Shown: positions 19,546 through 29,257 of the stretch, piece after piece | Numbering within the stretch: the first letter of the stretch is position 1 | Layout: each line of letters begins with the position of its first letter | Assembly (NCBI GenBank): GCA_020054095.1 | Contig: JAGVMA010000025.1 | Span: 18,321 to 82,320 of the forward strand | Length of the DNA: 64,000 nt | DNA from: Bacteroidia bacterium | GTDB lineage: Bacteria; Bacteroidota; Bacteroidia; JADZBD01 | Direction of reading: 5' to 3' | Position numbers and translations under genes: made by a program | Notes under the pieces: model-generated | The model's input: the letters and a program-made list of their open reading frames with translations, nothing else | What the model was told of the DNA's origin: nothing | Database searches by the model: none

Positions 19546-21426
19546 GTGAAAATAGAGGAAATACTAAGCCAAAGCATTATAAATGCACTGAAAACTTTAT
19601 ATACCGCTGATTTTGATAAATCGGCAGTGGTTTTTCAGAAAACCAACCCCGATTTTGAAGGCGATATAACACTGGTGGTATTTCCGTTTTTAAAAGCATC
19701 TAAAAAAAATCCGGAGCAAACCGCTGCCGATATTGGCAACTACCTTAAAAGCAACTGTGCCGATGTAAGTAATTTTAATGTGGTGAAAGGTTTTCTTAAT
19801 TTGGTGATAGCCGATAGTTATTGGCTAAACAGTTTTATAGCAAAAGAAACTACCAGCCAAGAGCAAAAAGCAGAAATAATGGTAGAATATTGCTCTCCTA
19901 ACACCAATAAACCCATTCATTTAGGTCATGTGCGTAATATTTTATTGGGCTGGAGCATGGCGCAAATTTTAGAAGCCAATGGCCACAAAGTAATAAAAGC
20001 AAACTTAGTGAACGACCGCGGTATACACATTTGCAAAAGCATGCTTGCATGGCAAAAGTGGGGAAAAGGCGAAACACCTGAAAAAGCAGGCATAAAAGGC
20101 GACCATTGGGTAGGGAAATATTATGTGATGTTTGAGCAAAAACTACTTGGTGAACGATCTGAAATATTAGAAAGTGAATTTGCACATGTACAAGATTTAA
20201 ATGCGGCTGAAAAGGAGGAAGTTTTCAATTTATATTCAATTGCGAAAAACTTAGATGAGAAAGAAGAAATAAAAAAAAATGCATGGGAGAAGTTAAACGA
20301 ACTAGCACGACTCCATGCTGATTTATCGAAAGGAGTACAAGAGATGCTTCGCAAATGGGAAGCCGGTGATGAGGCGACCATTGCGTTATGGAAAAAAATG
20401 AACGGCTGGGTTTACGATGGCTTTGCCGAAACTTTTAAATGCATTGGCATCCGTTTCGATAAAACATATTACGAAAGCCAAACTTATTTGCTCGGCAAAA
20501 AAGCAGTGGAAGAAGGATTGGCAAAAAATGTATTTATAAAGCGCCCTGATGGCTCGGTAATTATTGATTTAAAACAAGAAAAATTAGACGAAAAAGTGCT
20601 TTTGCGTTCAGATGGCACTTCGGTTTACATTACCCAAGACATAGGCACTGCCATAGAACGCCACAAAGAATTCCCTAATGTGAAAGGGTTTATTTACACA
20701 GTGGGCAACGAGCAAGATTATCATTTTAAAGTGCTTTTTAAAACCCTCAAAAAACTTGGCTACGCCTGGGCAGATAATTGCTACCACCTTTCTTATGGCA
20801 TGGTAGAGTTGCCCGAAGGTAAAATGAAATCGCGCGAGGGCACCGTGGTGGATGCCGATGAATTGATAAAAGAAATGATTGACACAGCTCGAGAAACTAC
20901 ACAGGCGCTCGGTAAAATAGAAAACTTTACAAGCGATGAGGCCGAAAACCTTTACCGCATGATAGGTCTTGCGGCATTAAAATATTTTATTTTAAAAGTT
21001 GACCCGAAAAAGAAAATGCTTTTCAATCCGAAAGAAAGTATTGATTTTAATGGCAACACCGGCCCGTTTATACAGTACACGTATGCACGGATTAAATCAA
21101 TTATCCGCAAAGCGGAAACTGCGAGTGAACAAAATTACAGCGCAGCGCATATTAATTTAGATGCAAAAGAAAAGACTTTAATAAAACTACTTTACCACTA
21201 CCCTGCCCTGCTCGCGCAAGCGGCTAAAGAATATAACCCATCGGTTATTGCGGCTTATACTTACGATTTGGCTACGGCTTACAATAGTTTTTATCACGAT
21301 ATACATATCCTGAAAGAAGAAAACCGCAACTTAAAAAACTTCCGCATAGCATTATCGTTAAAGGTAGCCGAGCAAATAAAACAAGCTATGCAGCTTTTGG
21401 GAATTGAAGTTCCGGAACGAATGTAA
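19546..21426 (+). CDS. argS: Arginine--tRNA ligase
   Basis: Class-I HIGH-type motif PIHLGHVRN, DALR anticodon-binding C-terminus. GTG start. Confidence 0.9.
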   Translation: MKIEEILSQSIINALKTLYTADFDKSAVVFQKTNPDFEGDITLVVFPFLKASKKNPEQTAADIGNYLKSNCADVSNFNVVKGFLNLVIADSYWLNSFIAKETTSQEQKAEIMVEYCSPNTNKPIHLGHVRNILLGWSMAQILEANGHKVIKANLVNDRGIHICKSMLAWQKWGKGETPEKAGIKGDHWVGKYYVMFEQKLLGERSEILESEFAHVQDLNAAEKEEVFNLYSIAKNLDEKEEIKKNAWEKLNELARLHADLSKGVQEMLRKWEAGDEATIALWKKMNGWVYDGFAETFKCIGIRFDKTYYESQTYLLGKKAVEEGLAKNVFIKRPDGSVIIDLKQEKLDEKVLLRSDGTSVYITQDIGTAIERHKEFPNVKGFIYTVGNEQDYHFKVLFKTLKKLGYAWADNCYHLSYGMVELPEGKMKSREGTVVDADELIKEMIDTARETTQALGKIENFTSDEAENLYRMIGLAALKYFILKVDPKKKMLFNPKESIDFNGNTGPFIQYTYARIKSIIRKAETASEQNYSAAHINLDAKEKTLIKLLYHYPALLAQAAKEYNPSVIAAYTYDLATAYNSFYHDIHILKEENRNLKNFRIALSLKVAEQIKQAMQLLGIEVPERM

Positions 21427-23007
21427 ATGCGCCTATTACTTGCCATATCATTACTTTTAACGCAACACATACTTGCACAATGCGACTTAAAATTGTCGCA
21501 AAAAGCACCCCTTGATTCATTATTTATTAAACTAACGTGTGATAAAACAGACACAACTAAAGTAAAAATTGGTGTATTAATAAGCCAAGCATATATAGAA
21601 ATTGGCGCTTATGATAGTGCATTGTACTATGCTGAGGCAGCGATAGCGCTGTCTGAAAAAATTGGCTATAAATCAGGAATTATCTCAACTTACTTTCAAA
21701 AAGGAGTGTATTTTGAAGCAATTGACAATCACATAAAGGCAATTGAACTTTTTAACATTGCCTCAAAAAAAGCGCAAAGTGACGGGAATTTCGTGAAGCT
21801 GGCACAGTGCTACAACAATATTGGAAACAACTACATGAACATGGCTCAATATGATAAAAGTATTGAGTATTTTAATCTATCACTCAAGATTCGCGAACAA
21901 TTAAAAGATGATAAAGGCATTGCACGAGTATATAACAACATAGGTAATGTTTACCTGTCGCAATCAAATTATAAAATTGCATTAGACTACTTTTTAAAAT
22001 CAATGGTTATAAAAGAAAAGCTAAATGTAAAACCAGAGCTTATTAACGCTTACCATAACATGGGTGCGGTTTACCTGGAGATGCGCGACTACGATAAATC
22101 AATCAACTATTTCAGAAAAAGTTTAAACATCAGTAACGAATCCAAAAACGCAACAAAGGCAGGCAATGCCGCAACAGCCTTGGCTACCGTAAAACAAATT
22201 ATGTTACAATACGATTCGGCTTTTTATTTTTATAGAATAGCGGATCGCTTATATGCTGTTAATAATAATAAAACTCAACTCGATTTGTTTTACAGAAACT
22301 ATGGCGATTTGTATTTGAGTACAAACAAGCCCGATTCAGCAATTTTTTATTTTAACAAAGCATTATCGTGTGTGCGCACAAGTAAAAACAGTAGTAACCA
22401 GTGCGATTTATATAATGCCTTAGCAAAAATGTATAATAAGCAAAGGCGATACGAAATTGCAATAGCGTATTTAGACTCTGCTGTTGTTTTACTTAAAAAC
22501 TTTTCGGCACCCAGACTACTAATGAATGCGTATGGCGAATATGCAATTTCTCATGAAGGGTTAGGGGATTATAAAAAAGCATACAGCTATCATGTTAAAT
22601 TCAAAAACCAAAACGATAGTATTTATAATCTTGAAAACTCAAAAGAACTTAGCTCTTTAAAAACACAATACGAGGTGGATAAAAAAGCAGCCGAATTAAG
22701 TGCTAAAGCAGAAGCCGAAAAACTTGCTCAGAAGGCAATTGACGGAAAAGAACAAATAATAAAAAACATCATCATTGTCTCAATTGCAATAATACTTATA
22801 GTAGTGATCATTTTTACATACATCACTTTCATGCGATTAAGAACTACACGAAAACAAAAATCAATTATTGAAATTCAAAAACTTTTAGTAGATGAGAAGC
22901 AGAAGGAGATACTAGATTCTATACATTACGCCAAAAGAATACAAGATAGTTTACTCCCAACCGAAAAATATATTGAACGAAAGTTAAAAGAACAACGGAA
23001 AAACTAA
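21427..23007 (+). CDS. TPR-repeat/TM/coiled-coil sensor protein: truncated paralog of the RsbU-like phosphatase at 32889..34919
   Basis: Same N-terminal architecture as the 676-aa paralog (signal peptide, about 8 TPR units, TM, coiled-coil). Ends at ...YAKRIQDSLLPTEKYIERKL*, just after the A..IQ..LLP motif that opens the PP2C/SpoIIE domain. Confidence 0.6.
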   Translation: MRLLLAISLLLTQHILAQCDLKLSQKAPLDSLFIKLTCDKTDTTKVKIGVLISQAYIEIGAYDSALYYAEAAIALSEKIGYKSGIISTYFQKGVYFEAIDNHIKAIELFNIASKKAQSDGNFVKLAQCYNNIGNNYMNMAQYDKSIEYFNLSLKIREQLKDDKGIARVYNNIGNVYLSQSNYKIALDYFLKSMVIKEKLNVKPELINAYHNMGAVYLEMRDYDKSINYFRKSLNISNESKNATKAGNAATALATVKQIMLQYDSAFYFYRIADRLYAVNNNKTQLDLFYRNYGDLYLSTNKPDSAIFYFNKALSCVRTSKNSSNQCDLYNALAKMYNKQRRYEIAIAYLDSAVVLLKNFSAPRLLMNAYGEYAISHEGLGDYKKAYSYHVKFKNQNDSIYNLENSKELSSLKTQYEVDKKAAELSAKAEAEKLAQKAIDGKEQIIKNIIIVSIAIILIVVIIFTYITFMRLRTTRKQKSIIEIQKLLVDEKQKEILDSIHYAKRIQDSLLPTEKYIERKLKEQRKN

Positions 23008-23624
23008 CACGGCAGATAAATGATTTTTTTAGTTTCAAAAAAATCTTCTTTAAAATATTCAGTCAAATTATAAGTTATAATCTGCTTTTTAAAAGCACTT
23101 AGCTCCTCAGATAAATCGCCCCCCTTCAAGTAGAGTATCCCATTAGGTAAGGCATTAATATGTTTTTTAGAAAACTTGTGTTGAACCCATTTGTAAAATT
23201 CCGGAAATTGTGTAACGGCACGGCTAATTACAAAATCGAATATATCGCTTATGTTTTCTGCACGCTCGTGCATGGTTTTTATATTTTTTAGCTGTAACGC
23301 TGCAGCTACCTCATTCACCACTTTTATTTTTTTGCCTATTGAATCTACTAACGTAAAATAGCAATCAGGAAAAAAAATAGCGAGCGGCACACCCGGGAAA
23401 CCTCCGCCTGTGCCCACATCCAAAATTTTGGTGCCGGGTTTAAAATTTATTGCTTTGGCAATAGCCAACGAGTGCAACACGTGATGAAGCATAATGTTAT
23501 CAATATCTTTTCTGGAAATAACATTGATGCGTGCATTCCACTCGGTGTACAAAGACGGCAAATTGTTGAACTGCGCCAATCGGTTGGCATCTAAATCAGG
23601 AAAATAATTTTCGATTAAACTCAT
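23004..23624 (-). CDS. rsmG: 16S rRNA (guanine527-N7)-methyltransferase
   Basis: ILDVGTGGGFPGVPLAI SAM motif. GidB-family length. Confidence 0.85.
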   Translation of the reverse strand: MSLIENYFPDLDANRLAQFNNLPSLYTEWNARINVISRKDIDNIMLHHVLHSLAIAKAINFKPGTKILDVGTGGGFPGVPLAIFFPDCYFTLVDSIGKKIKVVNEVAAALQLKNIKTMHERAENISDIFDFVISRAVTQFPEFYKWVQHKFSKKHINALPNGILYLKGGDLSEELSAFKKQIITYNLTEYFKEDFFETKKIIYLPC

Positions 23625-23630
23625 GCCGGC

Positions 23631-24251
23631 TTATATTTTGCCTTCGGCATTTTTTAAAATGTTTTGTAAAAAGTCGCGCGCCCTAAATAATTGCGCTTTT
23701 ACGGTGCCTAAAGGTATTTCCATCTCTTCCGAAATTTCTTCATACGATTTTTCTTCGAAATACCGTTTCTCTATCAATGCTCGGTAACGTGGCTTAAGTT
23801 TTTCTACAACTGCACGCAATGCCTCCACTTTTTGCTTTTTTACCATGCTATCTTCCGGATCGGGTTCATCGGCTTTTACTTCCATCTGCATTTCGCCACC
23901 TTCATCGTTTTTAATGGTTCTGTCTATTGATAGTAAATTTTTCTTGCGCTTGTTTCGCATAAAATCAATGCAGTTATTAGTAGCAATTTTAAAAAGCCAG
24001 GTACTAAAAGCGTATTCGGGCGTGTACTGATGCAATCGTTTAAAAGCTTTGCCAAATGCTTCAATGGTTAAATCATCGGCATCTTCTTTATTGTTTACCA
24101 TTTTGAGTAACATAAAATAAACCGATTCGCGGTACCTTTCCATCAGCTCGGCATAAGCTTTTTGGTCGGCATCGCGCAAAGCACGGTTTACCAGTTTTAT
24201 GTCATAAACGGCTTTTGCCGTAAGTTCTCTGCTATTTATGTTTTCGTCCAT
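23631..24251 (-). CDS. ECF-type RNA polymerase sigma-70 family factor
   Basis: Region 2 (FSTWLFKIATNNCIDFMR) and region 4 HTH (SYEEISEEMEIPLGTVKAQLFRAR). Confidence 0.8.
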   Translation of the reverse strand: MDENINSRELTAKAVYDIKLVNRALRDADQKAYAELMERYRESVYFMLLKMVNNKEDADDLTIEAFGKAFKRLHQYTPEYAFSTWLFKIATNNCIDFMRNKRKKNLLSIDRTIKNDEGGEMQMEVKADEPDPEDSMVKKQKVEALRAVVEKLKPRYRALIEKRYFEEKSYEEISEEMEIPLGTVKAQLFRARDFLQNILKNAEGKI

Positions 24252-25375
24252 TTACTTTTTTTAACAAACAATTTTGATACCATTACTAAAGGATAAAAAA
24301 ACATCAGCATCAGTTCGAAAAAAGGCGTTAGCCATATTAAATCATTTTCGCACAGCTTATCCATTGATAACTTAAATACAATTAATTGCACCAGCAATCT
24401 GAAACCAAACAAACAAAGCGGAACATAATACGGAAACTGCTGAACCGGAATAAGCAACGTGGCAACTAAGCCAATGTATAATATCCATTGGCTAAAAAAC
24501 AACATTCCTAATCTGAACTTTGTTTTAAAATTATAGAACGATGATGTACTAACGTGTCTGCGTTTTTGGCGCAGCCATTCGCGGTAACTTGTTTTAGGTT
24601 TTGAAACCGTATGACTTTGCACTGCAATTTCTACTTTTGAGTTACGTTTGGTTGCAGCCTCGTTTACAAACAGGTCATCATCGCCACTCTCAATAAAATA
24701 GTGCGATGCAAAGCCTTTTATCTTAAAAAAGAGCGATTTTTTGTACGCCAAATTTCGACCTACGCCCATATAAGTTCGCCCTGCCAAACAAAATGAAAGG
24801 TACTGCTGTGCTATTTGAAAGGTATCGAATCGGATGAGTTTGTTAAGCAATCCTTTTTCTTTTTCATAACCACCGTAACCCAATACAATTTCGGCTTCGC
24901 CTTTTAATTCACAAATCATATTTTTTATCCATTGGTCGCTGTTGGGCTTGCAGTCGGCATCAGTAAAAAGTAAGTCTTCATACTTGGCGCCTTTTATACC
25001 CACCATTATCGCAAATTTTTTTCCGTGCTTGTAATATTCATCTTCCTTTATAGTGATGGTTCTGAAATTACTGTGTTTCTTTTCAAACTCTTTAAGCACA
25101 TCGGGCGTATTATCAAACGAACAATCGTTTACCACTATCACTTCGTATTCGGGATAATCTTGCGCCATGATAATGGGCAAATATGCTGTTAGGTTATCGT
25201 CTTCGTTACGAGCACAAATAATAATAGAAACAGGCGGTGTGTTTCCCTTACAAGGTTTTTTTCGGTAAAAAGCTAAGCGCGAGAAAATAAAGAGATAGTA
25301 AAACAATTGAATAAGAAACCCGAAACAGAATACTGAAAATATTATTAGCTGGGGCGATAAAGGTGGCAACTGCAT
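24236..25375 (-). CDS. Family 2 glycosyltransferase (membrane-anchored)
   Basis: VSIIICARNE...VIVVNDCSFDNT GT2 signature, flanked by TM segments. 16-nt overlap with the downstream sigma gene. Confidence 0.75.
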   Translation of the reverse strand: MQLPPLSPQLIIFSVFCFGFLIQLFYYLFIFSRLAFYRKKPCKGNTPPVSIIICARNEDDNLTAYLPIIMAQDYPEYEVIVVNDCSFDNTPDVLKEFEKKHSNFRTITIKEDEYYKHGKKFAIMVGIKGAKYEDLLFTDADCKPNSDQWIKNMICELKGEAEIVLGYGGYEKEKGLLNKLIRFDTFQIAQQYLSFCLAGRTYMGVGRNLAYKKSLFFKIKGFASHYFIESGDDDLFVNEAATKRNSKVEIAVQSHTVSKPKTSYREWLRQKRRHVSTSSFYNFKTKFRLGMLFFSQWILYIGLVATLLIPVQQFPYYVPLCLFGFRLLVQLIVFKLSMDKLCENDLIWLTPFFELMLMFFYPLVMVSKLFVKKSKWTKT

Positions 25376-25481
25376 TTAGCAAACAAATTTAGCTGCATTG
25401 CCAAGCACCAATAGTGCTATCTTTGTGATGATTTAAACAAAGTAATTAACAGCTGTTTATTGTAAAAGCATTTCGTTTTTT

Positions 25482-26612
25482 TTGAGGTTCAACTTACAAC
25501 ATACCGATACGCATTCAAAAGCACGTGCGGCAGAGATAGAAACTGCACACGGAAAAATTCAAACTCCCATTTTTATGCCGGTGGGCACAGCCGGAACAGT
25601 AAAAACGGTTCACCAACGCGAATTGGCCGATGATATAAAAGCACAAATAATTTTGGGCAACACTTACCATCTTTATCTTAGGCCAGGTTTAAAAGTTTTT
25701 AAAAATGCAGGTGGCTTGCACCAATTTATGAATTGGCAAAAGCCCATTTTAACCGATAGTGGCGGCTATCAAGTTTACTCGTTAGCAAATTCAAGAAAAA
25801 TAAAAGAGGAAGGCGTAAAATTTGCTTCTCATATTGATGGCTCAAAACACCTCTTCACTCCTGAAAATGTGATGGACATACAGCGAACAATTGGTGCCGA
25901 TATTATTATGGCTTTTGATGAATGTACGCCCTATCCTTGCGAATACGATTACGCAAAAAAATCAATGCAAATGACGCACCGATGGTTAACACGCTGCATC
26001 AATCAATTTGATAAAACCGAGCCACTTTACAATTATGAGCAAGATTTATTTCCGATTGTGCAAGGAAGCGTTTACAAAGATTTGCGGCAGCAATCGGCCG
26101 AATTTATTGCAGCGCAAAACAGAGCAGGAAATGCCATTGGCGGCTTATCAGTAGGCGAACCGGAAGAAGACATGTATGCAATGACTGATTTGGTTTGCGA
26201 AATTTTACCTAAAGACAAACCGCGCTACCTCATGGGCGTGGGCACACCTTGGAATATTTTAGAATGTATTGCATTAGGCATAGATATGTTTGATTGCGTA
26301 ATGCCCACCCGAAATGCAAGGCATGGCTTATTGTTTACTTACAATGGCATCATCAATATTAAAAACGAGAAATGGAAAAATGATTTTTCGGTGATTGATG
26401 CCGATGCCGATTGCTTTGCCGATAAGCAATATTCAAAGGCATATTTGCGCCACCTCATGCACGCCAACGAAATGCTTGGCGCACAAATTGCTACCATACA
26501 CAACCTGCATTTTTACCTTCACTTGGTCACCCAAGCCCGTACTAAAATTATTGATGGTACATTTGCATCGTGGAAAACACAGTTAATTCCACGCTTAAAA
26601 ACCCGACTTTAA
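25482..26612 (+). CDS. tgt: Queuine tRNA-ribosyltransferase
   Basis: TPIFMPVGTAGTVK, ILGNTYHLYLRPG, zinc site CxCxxC...H. TTG start. Confidence 0.9.
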   Translation: MRFNLQHTDTHSKARAAEIETAHGKIQTPIFMPVGTAGTVKTVHQRELADDIKAQIILGNTYHLYLRPGLKVFKNAGGLHQFMNWQKPILTDSGGYQVYSLANSRKIKEEGVKFASHIDGSKHLFTPENVMDIQRTIGADIIMAFDECTPYPCEYDYAKKSMQMTHRWLTRCINQFDKTEPLYNYEQDLFPIVQGSVYKDLRQQSAEFIAAQNRAGNAIGGLSVGEPEEDMYAMTDLVCEILPKDKPRYLMGVGTPWNILECIALGIDMFDCVMPTRNARHGLLFTYNGIINIKNEKWKNDFSVIDADADCFADKQYSKAYLRHLMHANEMLGAQIATIHNLHFYLHLVTQARTKIIDGTFASWKTQLIPRLKTRL

Positions 26613-26618
26613 AATACA

Positions 26619-27698
26619 ATGCTTAAAAAAATTGACTGGTATATTTTAAAAAAATTTTTCGGGACATTTAATCTCGCCATCATTTTAATAATGATGATTG
26701 TTATTGTTTTTGATGTATCAGAAAAGATAGAAGATTTTATAGATAAAGATGCTCCCATTAATGCCATCGTTGGCGATTACTACTTGAACTTTATACCCTA
26801 TTTCGCTAACCAATTCAGTCCGCTGTTTTGTTTTATATCGGTTATTTTTTTTACATCGCGCATGGCAAGTAAAACCGAAATTGTTGCCATACTTAGTTCG
26901 GGCATTAGCTTCAAAAGATTTCTATTGCCATTTATGATAGGTGCAATGATAATTACACTTGGATCGCTTTATCTTAATCATTTTGTTATACCTCATGCCA
27001 ATCGCTTACGAAACGATTTTGAAGATGCATATATACGTAACCAGTATCATAACAATGAGATTAACATTCACCGACAAATAAACCCCGGCACATTTATATA
27101 CTTTAACAGTTACAACAATATTAAAAACATTGGCTACCAATTTTCGATGGAAAAAATACATAACGGAAACCGTATGTATTACCTCCGTTCAGATTATGTG
27201 AAGTGGGACAGCGTAACAAGCAGATGGTCTATCAATAACTATTTTATCAGATACATTAACGGAAACGAAGAGGTGATAAAAAAAGGGCAGCAACTTGATA
27301 CGGTGCTTAATTTTAAACCTTCCGATTTTGGCAAGCGCATCCAAGCAATTGAAAATTTGAATTTCTCTGAACTAAACAGCACCATCGAAACCGAAAAAGA
27401 AAAAGGAGCTACTAATATTGAGCAATACGAAGTTGTAAAATATGGGCGTACGGCTTTCCCATTTGCTACTATTATTTTAACATTAATTGCAGTAGCTATT
27501 GCAAGCCGCAAGGTGCGTGGCGGTATTGGTTTGCACTTAGGCGTGGGGCTTGGGCTAGGTTTTTCGTATGTGATGCTTATGCAAGTAGCCACACAACTTA
27601 GCTTACGAGCAGGCGTGCCTGCTTATTTGGGAGTTTGGATGCCGAATGTTATTTATCTCTTCATTGCAATATGGCTCATAAGCCGTGCCCAAAAATAA
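26619..27698 (+). CDS. LptF/LptG-family LPS export permease
   Basis: YjgP/YjgQ-type topology: N-terminal TM cluster, periplasmic beta-jellyroll region, C-terminal TMs. MLKKIDWYILKKF start. Confidence 0.75.
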   Translation: MLKKIDWYILKKFFGTFNLAIILIMMIVIVFDVSEKIEDFIDKDAPINAIVGDYYLNFIPYFANQFSPLFCFISVIFFTSRMASKTEIVAILSSGISFKRFLLPFMIGAMIITLGSLYLNHFVIPHANRLRNDFEDAYIRNQYHNNEINIHRQINPGTFIYFNSYNNIKNIGYQFSMEKIHNGNRMYYLRSDYVKWDSVTSRWSINNYFIRYINGNEEVIKKGQQLDTVLNFKPSDFGKRIQAIENLNFSELNSTIETEKEKGATNIEQYEVVKYGRTAFPFATIILTLIAVAIASRKVRGGIGLHLGVGLGLGFSYVMLMQVATQLSLRAGVPAYLGVWMPNVIYLFIAIWLISRAQK

Positions 27699-27743
27699 TA
27701 TAGCCAATTAAAAGCAATAGCATAATAATATGTGTTTATTGGG

Positions 27744-27898
27744 TTTTGTCTCTCAATCGTGGCACAAGTTTCCAAACTATAAATACCCAAGATTTATCCA
27801 AAGGCATTTATTTCATCGAAATTTTAACCAACGAAGGCAAGCAAAAAATAAAGTTTGTAAAAAATAAAACAATAGTTTTTGGTCAATTTTTAAGGTGA
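27744..27898 (+). pseudogene. Remnant of a T9SS type-A C-terminal sorting domain (gene fragment, no start codon)
   Basis: Own translation ...SLNRGTSFQTINTQDLSKGIYFIEILTNEGKQKIKFVKNK...* matches the last about 35 aa of Por_Secre_tail CTDs (I.ts.LskGiYfv.i.t..G...kK.ik). Frame opens right after the preceding gene stop, with no ATG. Confidence 0.5.
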
Positions 27899-27933
27899 AA
27901 AGCCCTGTATAAAAATATGCAGGGCTTTTTTGG
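27899..27933 (+). terminator. Rho-independent terminator (agccctg-loop-cagggct plus T6)
   Basis: 7-bp stem, 12-nt AT loop, ttttttgg. Confidence 0.7.
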
Positions 27934-27982
27934 CATAATTTTAGTAAGTTTGCAGCAGAAATTTAAAACCAAAACATAAAAA

Positions 27983-28387
27983 ATGAAAAAAATCACATCA
28001 CTCTTGGCAGCTGTGGCTATTATCGCAGCATCAATCACATCTTGTGGAAAATATGAAGAAGGTCCAAAACTTTCATTACGCAGTAAAAAAGGCCGCTTGG
28101 CTGGCGACTGGTTATTACAATCAGTAGAAGTAAATGGAACAGCCGTTAATTTTACTAATTCGGACTATTGGACTTTTGATAAAGACGGCACTTACAAATA
28201 CACAGCCGGCAACCTATCGGTATCAGGAACATGGGTATTTACTGATGATAAATTAGGAATAATTACCGAGGTTTCTGGCAACAAAGACACAATGTCAACA
28301 CTTATTAAATTAACTAATAAAGAAATGTGGTTTAAAGATGTGGACGGTGCCAACACTACAATAACCAAAATGAAAGCAAAAGAATAA
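27983..28387 (+). CDS. Small lipoprotein (paralog 1)
   Basis: Lipobox ITSC. Shares L.L/FRS.KGR.AG.W and TW.F motifs with the next gene. Confidence 0.6.
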   Translation: MKKITSLLAAVAIIAASITSCGKYEEGPKLSLRSKKGRLAGDWLLQSVEVNGTAVNFTNSDYWTFDKDGTYKYTAGNLSVSGTWVFTDDKLGIITEVSGNKDTMSTLIKLTNKEMWFKDVDGANTTITKMKAKE

Positions 28388-28523
28388 TTACACATAGTCT
28401 TTAATAATAAAAAGCCCCGCTAAATTGCTGGGCTTTATATTTAAAGATTTGATAATTAACCGAGCAACCAAATTCATATATTTGTGTCAAGAAATTTAAA
28501 CCAACCCAAAAACAAAAAACAAA

Positions 28524-29129
28524 ATGAAAAAACTTGCAATTATTGCTGCTGTTGCTGTTATAGCATCGGCCACATTTTTAGAAAGCTGTAAAAAAGGTGA
28601 AAACGACCCGTTTTTATCATTCCGTTCGCGCAAAGGCCGTGTAGCCGGTGAGTGGAAAGTGTCATCAGGATCAGGATCGTCAACCAATGGTCAAGGAGTA
28701 TCATCTACATGGACTTTTGACGGTACCACATTAACACAAATCCAAGGAAGTAACCCCAGTACAACTCCTTATACAATTGAATACACGTTTGATAAAGATG
28801 GTTCGTTTACTCAGATTGACGTTACATCAGTTGGTCAAACAACTTTAACAACCACTACATCAGGTACGTGGAACTTCACAGGCAAAGTTGGCGAAGACAA
28901 AAACAAAGATCGTATTGTGATGCGTACACTATCTGAAGTTACAACATCGGTAAATCCGGCATCTACATCTACAATTACCTATACAGGCGATGATGCCCCT
29001 TCAGACATTATGTACATTGATCAATTAAAAAACAAAGAAATAATTTTCAAATTTAAAGGATCGCAAACTTCAGGTAACCCAGCTACAACTGATAGTAACG
29101 AAGGCACTTACACTTTAACTGCTAAATAG
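28524..29129 (+). CDS. Small lipoprotein (paralog 2, Ser/Thr-rich)
   Basis: Lipobox LESC. Same N-terminal motif family as 27983..28387. Confidence 0.6.
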   Translation: MKKLAIIAAVAVIASATFLESCKKGENDPFLSFRSRKGRVAGEWKVSSGSGSSTNGQGVSSTWTFDGTTLTQIQGSNPSTTPYTIEYTFDKDGSFTQIDVTSVGQTTLTTTTSGTWNFTGKVGEDKNKDRIVMRTLSEVTTSVNPASTSTITYTGDDAPSDIMYIDQLKNKEIIFKFKGSQTSGNPATTDSNEGTYTLTAK

Positions 29130-29138
29130 TGGCAATCT

Positions 29139-29183
29139 ACAAAGCAAAAAACCCCGAGCAATGCTCGGGGTTTTTTGCTTTGT
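29139..29183. terminator. Rho-independent terminator with unusually long 21-bp perfect stem
   Basis: acaaagcaaaaaaccccgagc-aat-gctcggggttttttgctttgt. Confidence 0.8.
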
Positions 29184-29257
29184 ACACATTTGCAAATACC
29201 ATATAATAAGTTATTTTTGTACACACTCATTAAAATAACACGAATTAGAATAAACTA

